DNA of 64,000 nucleotides from an uncultured delta proteobacterium (GTDB lineage: Bacteria > Myxococcota_A > Polyangia > Polyangiales > Houyiibacteriaceae). A program made the translations under genes and the position numbers. Location of the stretch: positions 96,001 through 160,000 of the forward strand of contig CAVOVB010000005.1 in NCBI GenBank assembly GCA_963699755.1. The letters run 5' to 3'. Below are positions 50,319-60,534 of the stretch, in pieces; within the stretch, counting starts at the first letter, position 1; each line of letters starts with the position of its first letter. Below the pieces are notes generated by a model. That model worked only from the letters and a program-made list of their open reading frames with translations, made no database searches and was not told the origin of the DNA.

Positions 50319-52433
50319 ATGAAGCACACTTGGCTTATTCTCGTATCGGTACTCTTGGTCTCGGCCTGCAGCGAAAGCAGCCCGAGCGGCACGCCCAGCA
50401 GCGGAGGCACATCCGGCGACGGTGGTGCTGGTGGCAATGGGGGCGGCGGCGGCGAAGGTGGCATCGGCGGCAACGGACTGAGCTACCCACTGCTCGACTG
50501 CGACCCGCTCGTTCCACAATTCTGCGGCCACCCCTTCCCTTCGAACGTGTACACCGTCGAAGACAGCGAGACCGTCACGGGCCGCCGCGTCTCCTTCGGC
50601 TCGAATCTGATGCTCGGAAACGATCCGACACCCTGGAACAAGAGCGACGGGTTCTCGGCTGGCTCTCCAATCATCACGTCCCTTCCAGGCATCGCCGTCG
50701 GTCAGTTTGGCGGACCGGACGACATCGACGCATCGCTCTCCGAAGAATCCCCGACGATCGTGCTCGACGTCGAAAGCGGGGAGCTGGTCCCTCACTTTGC
50801 CGAGGTCGACATCCGCGCGCCCAGCGCAGAGCAGCGTTCCACGATGATTCGCCCGGTCGTGAGATTGCGCGATGACAAGCGCTACATCGTCGCGTTCCGG
50901 AATCTGAAAAACGAGGACGACGAGCTCATCGAAGCCTCGCCGGCCTTTGCCGCCCTGCGCGACGAGACCGCGAGCGACGATGAATCGGTCGACGCGCGGC
51001 GTGATCTCTACGACGACATTTTCGCGGCTCTAGCGGCCAAGGGCTGGGAACGCGGCGAGATCCAGATCGCCTGGGACTTCAACACCGCAAGCGACGCCAA
51101 CAACACCGACTGGCTCGTGCACATGCGGGATACGGCATTCGAGCTGGTCAAGGACGGCATCGAATACACCATCGATCAGGTCGACACCGAGTTCCCGGGC
51201 GACACGACCAAGACCGAGAACATCGCGTTCCGTATCAACGGCACGTTCAAGGCGCCTCAATTCATGACCAACGCCTTTGCGGGCTCGCTGCTCGTCTTCG
51301 GGGAAGACGGCCTGCCCGCCGTGAACGAAGAGACCCCGTGGGTGGACGTGCCCTTCGAGGTGATGATTCCGAAGAGCGCGACCGAAGAAAACCCGGCTGC
51401 CACCATCGAATACGGTCACGGGCTCCTCGGCACCAAGGGCCAGATCGAATCGGGTCACTTCAGCACCTTCATGAACACGTACAACTATGCGTTCTGCGGG
51501 ACGGACCTCATCGGAATGTCGGCCTCCGACTTCGTCATCATCGCGGCCACCCTTGCCGGCGGCAAGATTTCGCTCTTGGAGACCATGTTCGACCGTCTGC
51601 ATCAGGGTTTTCTCAACCACGTCCTGCTCATCCGCATGATGAAGACGAGCTTCGCGAACGACCCGACCTATGGCAAGTACATCAAGGGCAATGAGGCCTA
51701 TTATTACGGGATCAGCCAGGGCGGCATCATGGGCTCCGTGGTCATGGCCCTGAGCCCCGACATCGAACGCGGCGCGCTCGGTGTGATGGGGCAGCCCTAC
51801 AGCCTGCTCCTGTTCCGGAGCGTCGACTTCAATCAGTTCCTCGACGCCATGAAGGGGCCCTATCCCGATTACCGTGAGCAGCAGTTCCTGGTGGGGCTGT
51901 TCCAGATGCTCTGGGACCGGGTCGAGCCAACGGGCTACACGCACCACATTCGGGAGAATCCGCTCCCGAACACGAACACCAAGGAGGTCTTGACCAGGGT
52001 CGCGATCGGCGATCACCAGGTCACTACCTACGCCGGCCACCTCATGGCCAGGACGCTCAAGGCGCCTCACCTGACCACCGGGTTACGCGACATCTGGGGG
52101 CTCACGCCCGTCGCATCGACGCAGGGCGGCAGCTTCTACACCGAATACGACTTCGACGTCCCCGGGCAGCCGGCTTGCAACGTCCCTCAGTGGCTCTGCA
52201 ACGATCCCCACGAGTATCCTCGGCGACGCACATCCGCGCGCATCCAGCTCGATGAATTCCTTCGTCAGGGCACCGGTACGAATCACTGCATGCCGGGTGA
52301 CGACGATGAATACCAGGTCCCCGTGGAGGCGGGCGTAGGCGTCTGCACCTATCCGACCCTGAGCGGCTGCACCATGAACGAAACCGAGGCGGACACGGCG
52401 GCGCTCTGCGTACCAGGCGCCGCGCCTCCCTAG
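50319..52433 (+). CDS. Lipoprotein with alpha/beta-hydrolase (lipase-like) domain
   Basis: Lipobox VSAC, Gly linker, YGHGLLG, GISQGG nucleophile elbow, DPHE. Confidence 0.78.
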   Translation: MKHTWLILVSVLLVSACSESSPSGTPSSGGTSGDGGAGGNGGGGGEGGIGGNGLSYPLLDCDPLVPQFCGHPFPSNVYTVEDSETVTGRRVSFGSNLMLGNDPTPWNKSDGFSAGSPIITSLPGIAVGQFGGPDDIDASLSEESPTIVLDVESGELVPHFAEVDIRAPSAEQRSTMIRPVVRLRDDKRYIVAFRNLKNEDDELIEASPAFAALRDETASDDESVDARRDLYDDIFAALAAKGWERGEIQIAWDFNTASDANNTDWLVHMRDTAFELVKDGIEYTIDQVDTEFPGDTTKTENIAFRINGTFKAPQFMTNAFAGSLLVFGEDGLPAVNEETPWVDVPFEVMIPKSATEENPAATIEYGHGLLGTKGQIESGHFSTFMNTYNYAFCGTDLIGMSASDFVIIAATLAGGKISLLETMFDRLHQGFLNHVLLIRMMKTSFANDPTYGKYIKGNEAYYYGISQGGIMGSVVMALSPDIERGALGVMGQPYSLLLFRSVDFNQFLDAMKGPYPDYREQQFLVGLFQMLWDRVEPTGYTHHIRENPLPNTNTKEVLTRVAIGDHQVTTYAGHLMARTLKAPHLTTGLRDIWGLTPVASTQGGSFYTEYDFDVPGQPACNVPQWLCNDPHEYPRRRTSARIQLDEFLRQGTGTNHCMPGDDDEYQVPVEAGVGVCTYPTLSGCTMNETEADTAALCVPGAAPP

Positions 52434-52442
52434 GGCTCGAGC

Positions 52443-52970
52443 GTGCACCCGAAAAAAAAGACATGGCTCGCCATCAACGCCGTTGGTGGCGCAGCCGTGC
52501 TCGGGAGCTACGTTCACGGACTTCTGACCCATCCGGAGACGCGAAACGCGCTATGGGGCTCGATGCCCGAAGAGCTGAAGGCCGTGTACGGGGTCACGAT
52601 GTGGCTCGCGGCGGGCGGGTACTTCTTGTTCTCGTACTACTTTCTGATTCGAACCGACGCCGACGAGCTCCGATTCGGGCGCCTCGGCTTCGGTCTGCTC
52701 AACGCCCTGTACGCGCTGATCATGGTGACCTCCGCGCTCTGGATGCCCCTGACCTTTGCCTATTTCGAAAGACCGACATCGGCGGCCTGGCTCCTGGTGC
52801 GGGCCGACTTGCTGCTCGCAGGCCTGGGCTCGATCGGTTTGATGATCGCGCTGTTCACGATGAAGCCTCGCGCAGAAGGCCTCGCCGCCGTGCTTGCGCT
52901 CCTCGGGCTCCTGCTCTTCTCGCTGCAAACCGCATTCCTCGACCCGCTGGTCTGGCCGGAGTTCTTTTAG
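52443..52970 (+). CDS. Hypothetical integral membrane protein
   Basis: About 5 hydrophobic helices; fits the gap between neighbouring genes. Confidence 0.65.
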   Translation: MHPKKKTWLAINAVGGAAVLGSYVHGLLTHPETRNALWGSMPEELKAVYGVTMWLAAGGYFLFSYYFLIRTDADELRFGRLGFGLLNALYALIMVTSALWMPLTFAYFERPTSAAWLLVRADLLLAGLGSIGLMIALFTMKPRAEGLAAVLALLGLLLFSLQTAFLDPLVWPEFF

Positions 52971-53863
52971 CTCGTCGAAGCCTTCTTAGGAAACCAGGGC
53001 ACGAGCCCGCTCACTTGCTTCATGTGCTCGGCGTACTCCGGACGCCGCTCGCAGCTTCGCCGATCCATCCATGGAATCGAGACGCCGAGGAACATCCCAG
53101 TCATCATCAGCGGCCCGGCAAGCGTCCAGACGAAGCTTCGGTCCGCCGCAAGCCCGAAGAGGTAGAGCCCCCACCAAAACGAGAGCTCGCCGAAGTAGTT
53201 CGGATGGCGCGAATACTTCCAGAGACCGGTCTTGATGATCTCGCCGGGACGTTTGACCTTGGCAAAGGCGACGAGCTGCTGATCGGCGACCGTCTCTACC
53301 GTGATTGCGCCCGCCGTGACGGTGAGCGCCAGCAGGTCGATCCAGGAAAGCGGATTGCTGCCCTGGGTGAGTGCCACCCAGGCGCCGCTGAGACTGAGCA
53401 ATACCTGGACCGTCGGGAAGAGGTGAATGCCAAATAGGTCGGTGAGGAACCAGAGCTTCGGCGCCTTCTCTCGCATGATCAGATAGCGCCAATCGCTGTG
53501 ATGAAGCCCCGGCCAGCTCCGCGCCCAATTGTAGGTGAGGCGTACGCCCCACCAGGTCACCAAGAACAGCACCGCGCCCGCACGAACCGGGTTGACCGGC
53601 TCTGTGGCGTGAAAAACCCAATAGAAAACGATGACGACCGGCGCGACCGACCAGTACGCGTCGTACATACTGGAGCACTTGAGCCCCCGCGAGAACGCGA
53701 AAATCACGAAGGTGGCGGCGAGGTCGGCGATAGCGACGGTCCAAAAGGAGTCCAGCTCTTTTGGAACGAAGAGGAGGGACAGCCATGCGACCGCGAAGGC
53801 CACAAGATACCCTGCTGCCACCCAAGAGAAGGAGGCTCGACGGCTCCAGCGAGGCGCGGTCAT
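52967..53863 (-). CDS. DUF1295 / steroid-reductase-like membrane protein
   Basis: SMYDAYWS, DWRY, ADQQL, GLWKYSRHPNYFGE. Confidence 0.88.
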   Translation of the reverse strand: MTAPRWSRRASFSWVAAGYLVAFAVAWLSLLFVPKELDSFWTVAIADLAATFVIFAFSRGLKCSSMYDAYWSVAPVVIVFYWVFHATEPVNPVRAGAVLFLVTWWGVRLTYNWARSWPGLHHSDWRYLIMREKAPKLWFLTDLFGIHLFPTVQVLLSLSGAWVALTQGSNPLSWIDLLALTVTAGAITVETVADQQLVAFAKVKRPGEIIKTGLWKYSRHPNYFGELSFWWGLYLFGLAADRSFVWTLAGPLMMTGMFLGVSIPWMDRRSCERRPEYAEHMKQVSGLVPWFPKKASTS

Positions 53864-53873
53864 GAGGCTTCGA

Positions 53874-54452
53874 TCAGCCGTTCAGGTTCTGGTTCGCGAA
53901 GTCCCAGTTGACCAGCGAATCGAGGAAGATCTTGATGTAGTCGGGGCGAGCGTTGCGGTAGTCGATGTAGTACGCGTGCTCCCAGACATCGATCGTGAGA
54001 AGCGGCTTCGCGCTCGTGGTGATCGGCGTCTCGGCGTTCAGCGTCTTTTTGACGGCGAGCTTGTCGCCCTCGGCTACCAGCCAGGCCCAGCCGGAGCCGA
54101 ACTGCGTCGCCGCGGCGTTGGAAAACTCCGCGCTGAACTTGTCGTAGCTGCCGAAGCTTCCATTGATCGCGTCGGCGATCGCCCCGCTTGGCGCGCCGCC
54201 GCCGCCCGGCTTCATGCTGTTCCAGTAGAAGGTGTGGTTCCAAACCTGGGCCGCGTTGTTGAACGTCGCCCCGCCTTCACGAATGATGTCGACCAAGGAC
54301 TTGCTCGCGAGATCGGTGCCTTCGATCGCCGCGTTGAGCTTGCTGACGTAGCCCGCGTGATGCTTGCCGTAGTGGTACTCGATCGTCTCGGCGCTGAGGT
54401 GGGGCTGTAGGGCATCTTTGGCCCACGGAAGGGCCGGCAGTTCGATCGCCAT
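53874..54452 (-). CDS. sodB: Fe superoxide dismutase
   Basis: HYGKHH, FNNAAQVWNH, QFGSGWAW, DVWEHAYY. Confidence 0.95.
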   Translation of the reverse strand: MAIELPALPWAKDALQPHLSAETIEYHYGKHHAGYVSKLNAAIEGTDLASKSLVDIIREGGATFNNAAQVWNHTFYWNSMKPGGGGAPSGAIADAINGSFGSYDKFSAEFSNAAATQFGSGWAWLVAEGDKLAVKKTLNAETPITTSAKPLLTIDVWEHAYYIDYRNARPDYIKIFLDSLVNWDFANQNLNG

Positions 54453-54584
54453 GTTTCTCATCTCCGTGCTTGGTGAAGGACCTACGAGCGGTCCGGGGAC
54501 CCATCGGATGGGCCGACGAAGCGAGAGCCTAGGTTCCCGCGAATCCTTGATCAAGGCCTAGGGCTGCCCAAACTGATGTCCAGG

Positions 54585-56216
54585 CTAAGGTGCCAGGCTG
54601 GGGGCTTGCGCGTTGGGGCTCTCGGGGCTCTGCATTTCGACCAGACTCCGCTCGCCGTCCCTGACCGCCCAGGCAGCCCAGAAGGATTGCTGGCCCTCCT
54701 GTGCTCCAACGCCGTCGAGCAGGAACCAATCCGCTTGGGCTTTGTCGGGCTGGAGGTCGAGGATGAGGTACCCCCTGCGTTCGACCTCGTAGTCCCGAAC
54801 ATGCGCTTCGGCGCCAAAAATCCCGGCGATGGCCTCGGAAATGCCGGTCGCTGCGCTGATCCCAGGGACGACGAGCTCGACGGCGACCGCGGCATCGCGC
54901 GAGGTCTCGGTGTAGCTGCCATCATCGATGGTGACATCCATGGCCCAACTGCTGTGAACGTCGCCAGTCACGACGACGACATTCGAAATTTCGTTGTCGC
55001 GCAGGAAGCTCACGAGGCGATTGCGCGCCTTGTAGCCCTGCCACTGATCATCGTTGCCATAAAGATACGGACCGATCTTCCACAGGCTCAGGACGACTTG
55101 GCTTCCCAGTACCTTCCATCTGGCGCGGCTGTTGCGGAGTTGGTCAAATAGCCATCCTTCCTGCTCGGAGCCGAGGAGTTGGTCGGGCAATTGGGGTTCG
55201 TCGGGACGAAACCCGAGGGAGCCAAGCTGCTCCTCGCGGCCTTCGATGCGGGTGTCGAGCATGATGATGTCCGCCAGATCTCCGTACTTCAGGGTGCGAT
55301 AAAGCTTTTGGCCTGGATTGTCGCGGATCGGGATCCACTCGAAGAAGGCCTGCCTCGCGGCCGCGACTCGCTTGGACCATTCACCTTCACCGTCTGGATC
55401 ACAGGGCTGGCTGCAGTTGGGATCGGGCGCCGTGTGATTTTCCGCGCCGCCTATCCACGCGTTGTTCGCGGTTTCGTGATCGTCCCAGACTACGATGAAC
55501 GGCATCTGGCGGTGGAGCTCCTGCAGGTGGGGATCGCGTCGATATTGGCTCAAACGCGTCCGGTAGTCGTCGAGTGTGACGGTTTCGTGCGGCGGCTCGA
55601 GGGATCGGAGTTGCTGACCGCTGTTCGGGTCATCGCCATACTCATAGTAGTAGTCGCCGAGGTGAACGATCGCGTCGAGGTCCGCCCGCACCGCCATGTG
55701 GCCGTAGCCATGGAAGTATCCGAGGCTGTAGTCCGCGCATGAGCAGACTCCGAACCGAAGCCTGGCGGTCGCGTTGCCCTTGGGTGCCAGCCGGGTGCGA
55801 CCGACGGGACTCCAACGTCCCCGCGCAGCAAAACGGAAATAGTAATTCCGACCCCAGAGCAAACCAGGCACATCGACCTTCGCCGTGTAGTCGCGAGATG
55901 CATCGGTCATCAACGTGCCTTGCGCGGTTCGTTCCATGAATTCTTCGTCGAGGGCCATCTCCCACCACACCTCGACGGGCTCCGAGGTCTCCGAAGTGAC
56001 ACGAGTCCAGATGATGACGGCGTCCGTCAGTGGATCGCCGCTTGCAACGCCGTGCTGGAATAGGTCGACGGGACCTAGCGGTCCCTCCCATTCGTAGTTC
56101 GGGAGGACGGGCAGCGGCGGCGAAGCAGCGTCGCTGCCGCTGCATCCACCGAGCAGCAAGGGACTCAGGCCGGCTGCGCCCATCCCTTTGAGGATTTCCC
56201 TTCGACTGAACTGCAT
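54585..56216 (-). CDS. phoD: Alkaline phosphatase D (Tat lipoprotein)
   Basis: SRREILK Tat motif + LGGC; HGVASGDP, HLGDYYYE, WDDHE, TGDVH. Confidence 0.92.
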   Translation of the reverse strand: MQFSRREILKGMGAAGLSPLLLGGCSGSDAASPPLPVLPNYEWEGPLGPVDLFQHGVASGDPLTDAVIIWTRVTSETSEPVEVWWEMALDEEFMERTAQGTLMTDASRDYTAKVDVPGLLWGRNYYFRFAARGRWSPVGRTRLAPKGNATARLRFGVCSCADYSLGYFHGYGHMAVRADLDAIVHLGDYYYEYGDDPNSGQQLRSLEPPHETVTLDDYRTRLSQYRRDPHLQELHRQMPFIVVWDDHETANNAWIGGAENHTAPDPNCSQPCDPDGEGEWSKRVAAARQAFFEWIPIRDNPGQKLYRTLKYGDLADIIMLDTRIEGREEQLGSLGFRPDEPQLPDQLLGSEQEGWLFDQLRNSRARWKVLGSQVVLSLWKIGPYLYGNDDQWQGYKARNRLVSFLRDNEISNVVVVTGDVHSSWAMDVTIDDGSYTETSRDAAVAVELVVPGISAATGISEAIAGIFGAEAHVRDYEVERRGYLILDLQPDKAQADWFLLDGVGAQEGQQSFWAAWAVRDGERSLVEMQSPESPNAQAPSLAP

Positions 56217-56299
56217 ATCTATCCTCTGATGAATCTTCCGGACGCGAGCCCCGCGAGGCTATCCGGATTTGCGGAAGGCTGCTAGCGCTTGCCGTGGCG

Positions 56300-57466
56300 C
56301 TAGCCGAAAACGCGTACGAGCAGTGCGAAGGTGCCGACGGCGGCTCCTGCGACGGACGTCACATCGACGATCGCCCTGCCGAGGTCGCGGCCTCTGAGCC
56401 ACTGAAGGATGGGCCAGACCATGAACAGGATCGCAAGCTGGCCGAGCTCCACGCCGACGTTGAACCCAAAGAGCGCCCGGACGAGCTGAGCGCGCGGGAG
56501 CTCTTGTTCGAGGAGCACCCCGGAGAAGCCGAGGCCATGGACGAAGCCAAAGAGACAAGCGATCAGCCAACGAAGCCGGCCTCCGCCACCCAAGTTCCGA
56601 AGCAGAGCGAAGTAACAGGCTGTGAACAAGGCGATGCCCCAGAACGCGGGGAGCCCTCCGAACAGGGCGCTGGCGGCAAAGAGCAGGACAGCGCCGAGGA
56701 TGACGAGCACGCCACCGCGAACCTGCTCCATACCGACGTTCTCGAGCGAAACCAGCAAGATCGACGCTGCGATGGTGGCTTCCACCGCGCGGGCGTGGGG
56801 AACGACGACACCCAAGGCCGCGCCGGCTAGCGTCACGCTGTGGCCGACGGTGAAGCCGGTCACCAGAACGGCGACGTCGCGAAGCCGCCGAGCGGCGACG
56901 ATCAAGAGAAAGAGAAACGCGAGATGATCCCAGCCACTGAGGATGTGCTCGATGCCGAGGCGCAGGTAGCTTCCGAGCTCTCCGGCCCCGGCCCGCGCAC
57001 CGGTCGAGTCGATCGCGGCCCTTGGAGCCGCGGGGGAGAGGACGACGTCACTGGACTCGGGCCCGAGAATCGTTGCGAAGTGCACATGATTGCGAAGGGA
57101 AGTGAACAAGCGACTGTGGAGGCTCCTTGGTGGGGACGCACAGCGAACCCGCCACTCGAGCCGAAGCCAGCCGGGCTCGGCCGGAAGCCAGGTCTCGCTC
57201 GATGGCACCGGTTCGCAGGCGCCGCCGTCGTATTCCAGAACCAGCTTGGTTTGAAGATACGAAACCACGGCGGAGCGATCGAAGGTCTCGACGGACTGGT
57301 CGACTGCGATTGGGAGCGACGTAAGCTCGAGCCAGCGGACTCTGATCTCGGCGAGCGCCCCACCCTCGAGCAGCGTCCACTTCGAGTAGGAAACACTCTT
57401 CTGATGGGCTTGCGCGGGCGCTGGCAATGAGAGGCCGAGGAGAAGCACCGGAACGAGTAGGCGCAT
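56300..57466 (-). CDS. HupE/UreJ-family membrane protein
   Basis: AQAH signal; GIEHILSGWDHLAF, FTVGHSVTL, HGLGF, FNVGVELGQ. Confidence 0.88.
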   Translation of the reverse strand: MRLLVPVLLLGLSLPAPAQAHQKSVSYSKWTLLEGGALAEIRVRWLELTSLPIAVDQSVETFDRSAVVSYLQTKLVLEYDGGACEPVPSSETWLPAEPGWLRLEWRVRCASPPRSLHSRLFTSLRNHVHFATILGPESSDVVLSPAAPRAAIDSTGARAGAGELGSYLRLGIEHILSGWDHLAFLFLLIVAARRLRDVAVLVTGFTVGHSVTLAGAALGVVVPHARAVEATIAASILLVSLENVGMEQVRGGVLVILGAVLLFAASALFGGLPAFWGIALFTACYFALLRNLGGGGRLRWLIACLFGFVHGLGFSGVLLEQELPRAQLVRALFGFNVGVELGQLAILFMVWPILQWLRGRDLGRAIVDVTSVAGAAVGTFALLVRVFG

Positions 57467-58212
57467 CAGTCGAGCTCCACGCGGATGTCGCTGCGCTGGC
57501 GAGCGAGCTCGAGGTACTCACGCACTGCGGCCTCACTCCGATCCCGAAGGTACGCGGCCTCGACGGCTTCGCGCGCTTCTTCGAATGGCGCTACGGTCCC
57601 GTCGCGACGTTCGAGCAGACGAACCGTGTACTGCCGCTCTCCCTCCGCGAACCGAAACCGTTCGCCGACTTCGAGCTCCGCGACACGCCGCGCGGCGGTC
57701 GGGCCGAGGCGCTGCTCGATCTCCTTCAGCAAGAGAAAGCCTTCCGGTAGAGGCACCGACGCTCCTTCGACGGCTATCCGGTACTGCGCGCTACGCTCGA
57801 ATCGAAAACGCTGCTCCTCGTAGAACGCGCGGAGTGCTGCCTCGTCCGCCGTTCTCGCCTCGTCCTCTGAGCGACGCACCAGGAAATCGATCATCGCGGT
57901 GACGAGCTGGTTTCGCATTTGCGGGTCACGTTCGTGCAGGCCGAGCTCGATCGCGCGATCGATCAGCAGCTCTTGATCGATCAAGCGCTGCAGCACCCGC
58001 TCGCGATCGTCTTCGCGCAATATCCCACCTTTGCGGTCAGCGGCGACCGCCTGAAGGGCAGCCTCATAAGAGCTCCGCGAGATAGGACGCTCGTTCACCC
58101 AGGCAACCGCATCGGCCGTTGGCTCGGCTGATTGCGGCAGGCGCACGATGTAGAAGACAGCCAAGACGGCGCCGGCGAGCATCCCGCTGGCAAGCAGCCA
58201 CGGCCGGCTCAT
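57466..58212 (-). CDS. SurA-N / PpiC-type chaperone-like protein
   Basis: VAWVNERPI, LIDQELL..A..LGL, PFEEAREAV; ATGA-coupled to the DUF3604 gene. Confidence 0.75.
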   Translation of the reverse strand: MSRPWLLASGMLAGAVLAVFYIVRLPQSAEPTADAVAWVNERPISRSSYEAALQAVAADRKGGILREDDRERVLQRLIDQELLIDRAIELGLHERDPQMRNQLVTAMIDFLVRRSEDEARTADEAALRAFYEEQRFRFERSAQYRIAVEGASVPLPEGFLLLKEIEQRLGPTAARRVAELEVGERFRFAEGERQYTVRLLERRDGTVAPFEEAREAVEAAYLRDRSEAAVREYLELARQRSDIRVELD

Positions 58213-60419
58213 CGCTCGGAACCGGCGAGCAAGAAAATCGGCGAGGACCAAGCGCGCTCTTCACTGTCGACCAGGCAGTCGTCTTCGGCGGGTGTGCGGA
58301 AGTTGCCGTAGCAGGGCTTGCACTCACCTCCCTGACATCGAAGCTCGCCACCATTGACCGTTGGCGTGGGTTCCTGGATGGCACGGGCGTAGTACAGAAG
58401 GTCCCTGCCGAGCTCCCGGAAAGAAGGATCTTCGAACTCGACGACGCAGAGCTCCGGCCCTTCGGGGCAAGGGATCGTTTTCCAGGGGTCTTGGATGAGG
58501 TCGGCGACTGGCTCGCGCTCACTCCCTTGCCGTTGGATGCGGATCACCTCGATGCGAGTGATCCGACGTCGTCGGTCACCGGGGTTGTAACACTCGCCAG
58601 CACAGATGCGTTCGATCCGCTCCTCGCCGAGCGACTGAATCACGTCGGGCGCGCAGCCGGGCTTCTGCTCGAACGAGCCGGCCGCACGCACCTCGAACCT
58701 GGGAGTACCCGTGAACGCGAGCTCGCTTCCCATCGGCGACACGCCCTCGGGGCCGTTCTTCAAGTCGAACCAGAGCAAGATGCGGTCCCCAGAGGTGCCG
58801 TAGACGTTGCGCTTCTGAAGCGCGTCCCAAATCGCTTCGCGTGTCCGCTCGGTCGCATGAACCGCCACGAGGCCACCGGTGACGAAGAACGACGCCTGCC
58901 GCTCCATCCACATCAGCTCGAAGGGCGGCCGCTCCATCAGGCTGTCAATCGTGTACGAAACCGACTCAGGGTCGGGCTTGCCGCGTTCGCCAAACATCGA
59001 TGCGCGCCAGGACTCGCTTGGCGCACCGCGCGCCTCGGTCATCCGGCGTCGTGCAAACTCTTTGTAACCGGTGCCCGGACGCGCGGAGTGATTGTCGCTC
59101 GAGGCGATGAAGCCCATCGTCGCATGGCGCGGCTCTTCTGGGTTCTCGAAGTTGCCCTTCGCCAACATGTACTGCACCGAGCCGCCGGGCCGGTATTGAT
59201 AGGCCGGCAAATAGCAATCGGTACATTGGCCGCAGTTGCCCCAATCCGGCACGTCCTCGCCCGGGAGCGTCACGTGTCCGGCGAGGCCCACGCGTAGATA
59301 GTCCGCTCTCGCCTTCTCGACTCGCTGCTCACAGCGATCGGAGTGAGGGTCGTCGCATCGTTGGCGGATGACCTCCCCGGCTCGCCAGCAACAAGGCTCG
59401 TAGCCCTCGCTTGGCTCGGGACACTCGGGCCCGTCTTCGGTGAAGTCGATCTCGGTGAAGTCTCGGTACTCTTCGGAGTTCCCATGGCCGGAGAAAACCT
59501 CGACCAGACGCTGGAGCTTCTCGTCGTCTAGGTCGGCGCGGAGCTGTTTGTCCCAGGTGTAGCCGAGCGGCGTGTAGAAACCCCAGGTCGTTCCATGCGG
59601 AATGACCAGGGTGTCCAAGCCCCATTCGTGGAGCTTCCGAAAGAGGACATCTGGAGTCTCGGCGCGCTCGCGACAATTCGGAGGAAGCTCCTTGCTGTTC
59701 ACCCCATCGGGGCAAAACGGATACTCCGCGTTTTCACGAATGTGGCGCGCGAAGTCGAGATAGACCTGCTGGTTCGGAAACGACCGCGCCGGGACAGAGA
59801 GTAGCGGCCAGAGCGCGCTGAGCTTGGAGAAGGCCCGGGTCGTCAGTCCGGGCGCTGCGATTGGACGGGCCGGGAGCTGGGCGTCGCTGTCGTACTCGAA
59901 GATGACGTTCTTGTGGCCGAAATGCTCTTCGGGCGTGAGTGCGACCTGTGTCCATTCAAAGCCGGTGAACGCGATGGTATCGGGCTGCTCGCTCCCGGCG
60001 GCGACCGCGTTGCACTGACGCACAGAGCTCCGTGTCATCTCCCAGGTTCGCGGATTGAGCGCCTCTGCGTGGTCTGTGAGCGCGTAGAAATCGAGCTGGG
60101 AGCAGAAGCGCGCGAAGTCGCAGGCGTCGGCGGGCGGATGAACACCCTCGCCCCCCATCAATGGCAGGCCCCACATGAAGGCATCCACCGAAAGCGTCGT
60201 GTGGACGTGGAGGTCACCGAAGAGGATTCGGTTGGTCTCCTCCGGCGCTGCCCGCTTCTGCCCGGCGAGGCGGGCGGCAACGTGCTCAGGCGCGAGCGCA
60301 ACGCGCGCGATCTCGCCGTCGAGCTGTTCCTTGGCCCCTCCATAGACGAGCCAGAAAGCCAATACCAAGAGCACCAGGCCGAGGACGACCGTAAGACAAC
60401 CCTTTTTCCACCAAGCCAC
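58209..60419 (-). CDS. DUF3604 (PHP-like metallohydrolase) protein
   Basis: FGDLHVHT, LTDHAE, GFEWT, HKNVIF, SSDNH, YGTSG, ERAWSSPI. Start uncertain. Confidence 0.85.
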   Translation of the reverse strand: MAWWKKGCLTVVLGLVLLVLAFWLVYGGAKEQLDGEIARVALAPEHVAARLAGQKRAAPEETNRILFGDLHVHTTLSVDAFMWGLPLMGGEGVHPPADACDFARFCSQLDFYALTDHAEALNPRTWEMTRSSVRQCNAVAAGSEQPDTIAFTGFEWTQVALTPEEHFGHKNVIFEYDSDAQLPARPIAAPGLTTRAFSKLSALWPLLSVPARSFPNQQVYLDFARHIRENAEYPFCPDGVNSKELPPNCRERAETPDVLFRKLHEWGLDTLVIPHGTTWGFYTPLGYTWDKQLRADLDDEKLQRLVEVFSGHGNSEEYRDFTEIDFTEDGPECPEPSEGYEPCCWRAGEVIRQRCDDPHSDRCEQRVEKARADYLRVGLAGHVTLPGEDVPDWGNCGQCTDCYLPAYQYRPGGSVQYMLAKGNFENPEEPRHATMGFIASSDNHSARPGTGYKEFARRRMTEARGAPSESWRASMFGERGKPDPESVSYTIDSLMERPPFELMWMERQASFFVTGGLVAVHATERTREAIWDALQKRNVYGTSGDRILLWFDLKNGPEGVSPMGSELAFTGTPRFEVRAAGSFEQKPGCAPDVIQSLGEERIERICAGECYNPGDRRRRITRIEVIRIQRQGSEREPVADLIQDPWKTIPCPEGPELCVVEFEDPSFRELGRDLLYYARAIQEPTPTVNGGELRCQGGECKPCYGNFRTPAEDDCLVDSEERAWSSPIFLLAGSER

Positions 60420-60534
60420 GCGGGCCGAAGCATAGGTCGGGATATTGGGCTGTCCAAACAATCTCGCCGCTAGGCCATCGCCTTGAGGATTCCGGGTCAC
60501 CCATGCTACGAAAAAGAGAAGTGGGGGCGCGAAG

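Noticed and set aside
54545..54556. Palindrome CCTTGATCAAGG upstream of sodB
   Set aside because: A single 12-bp palindrome with no match to a regulator box I can name; insufficient support.
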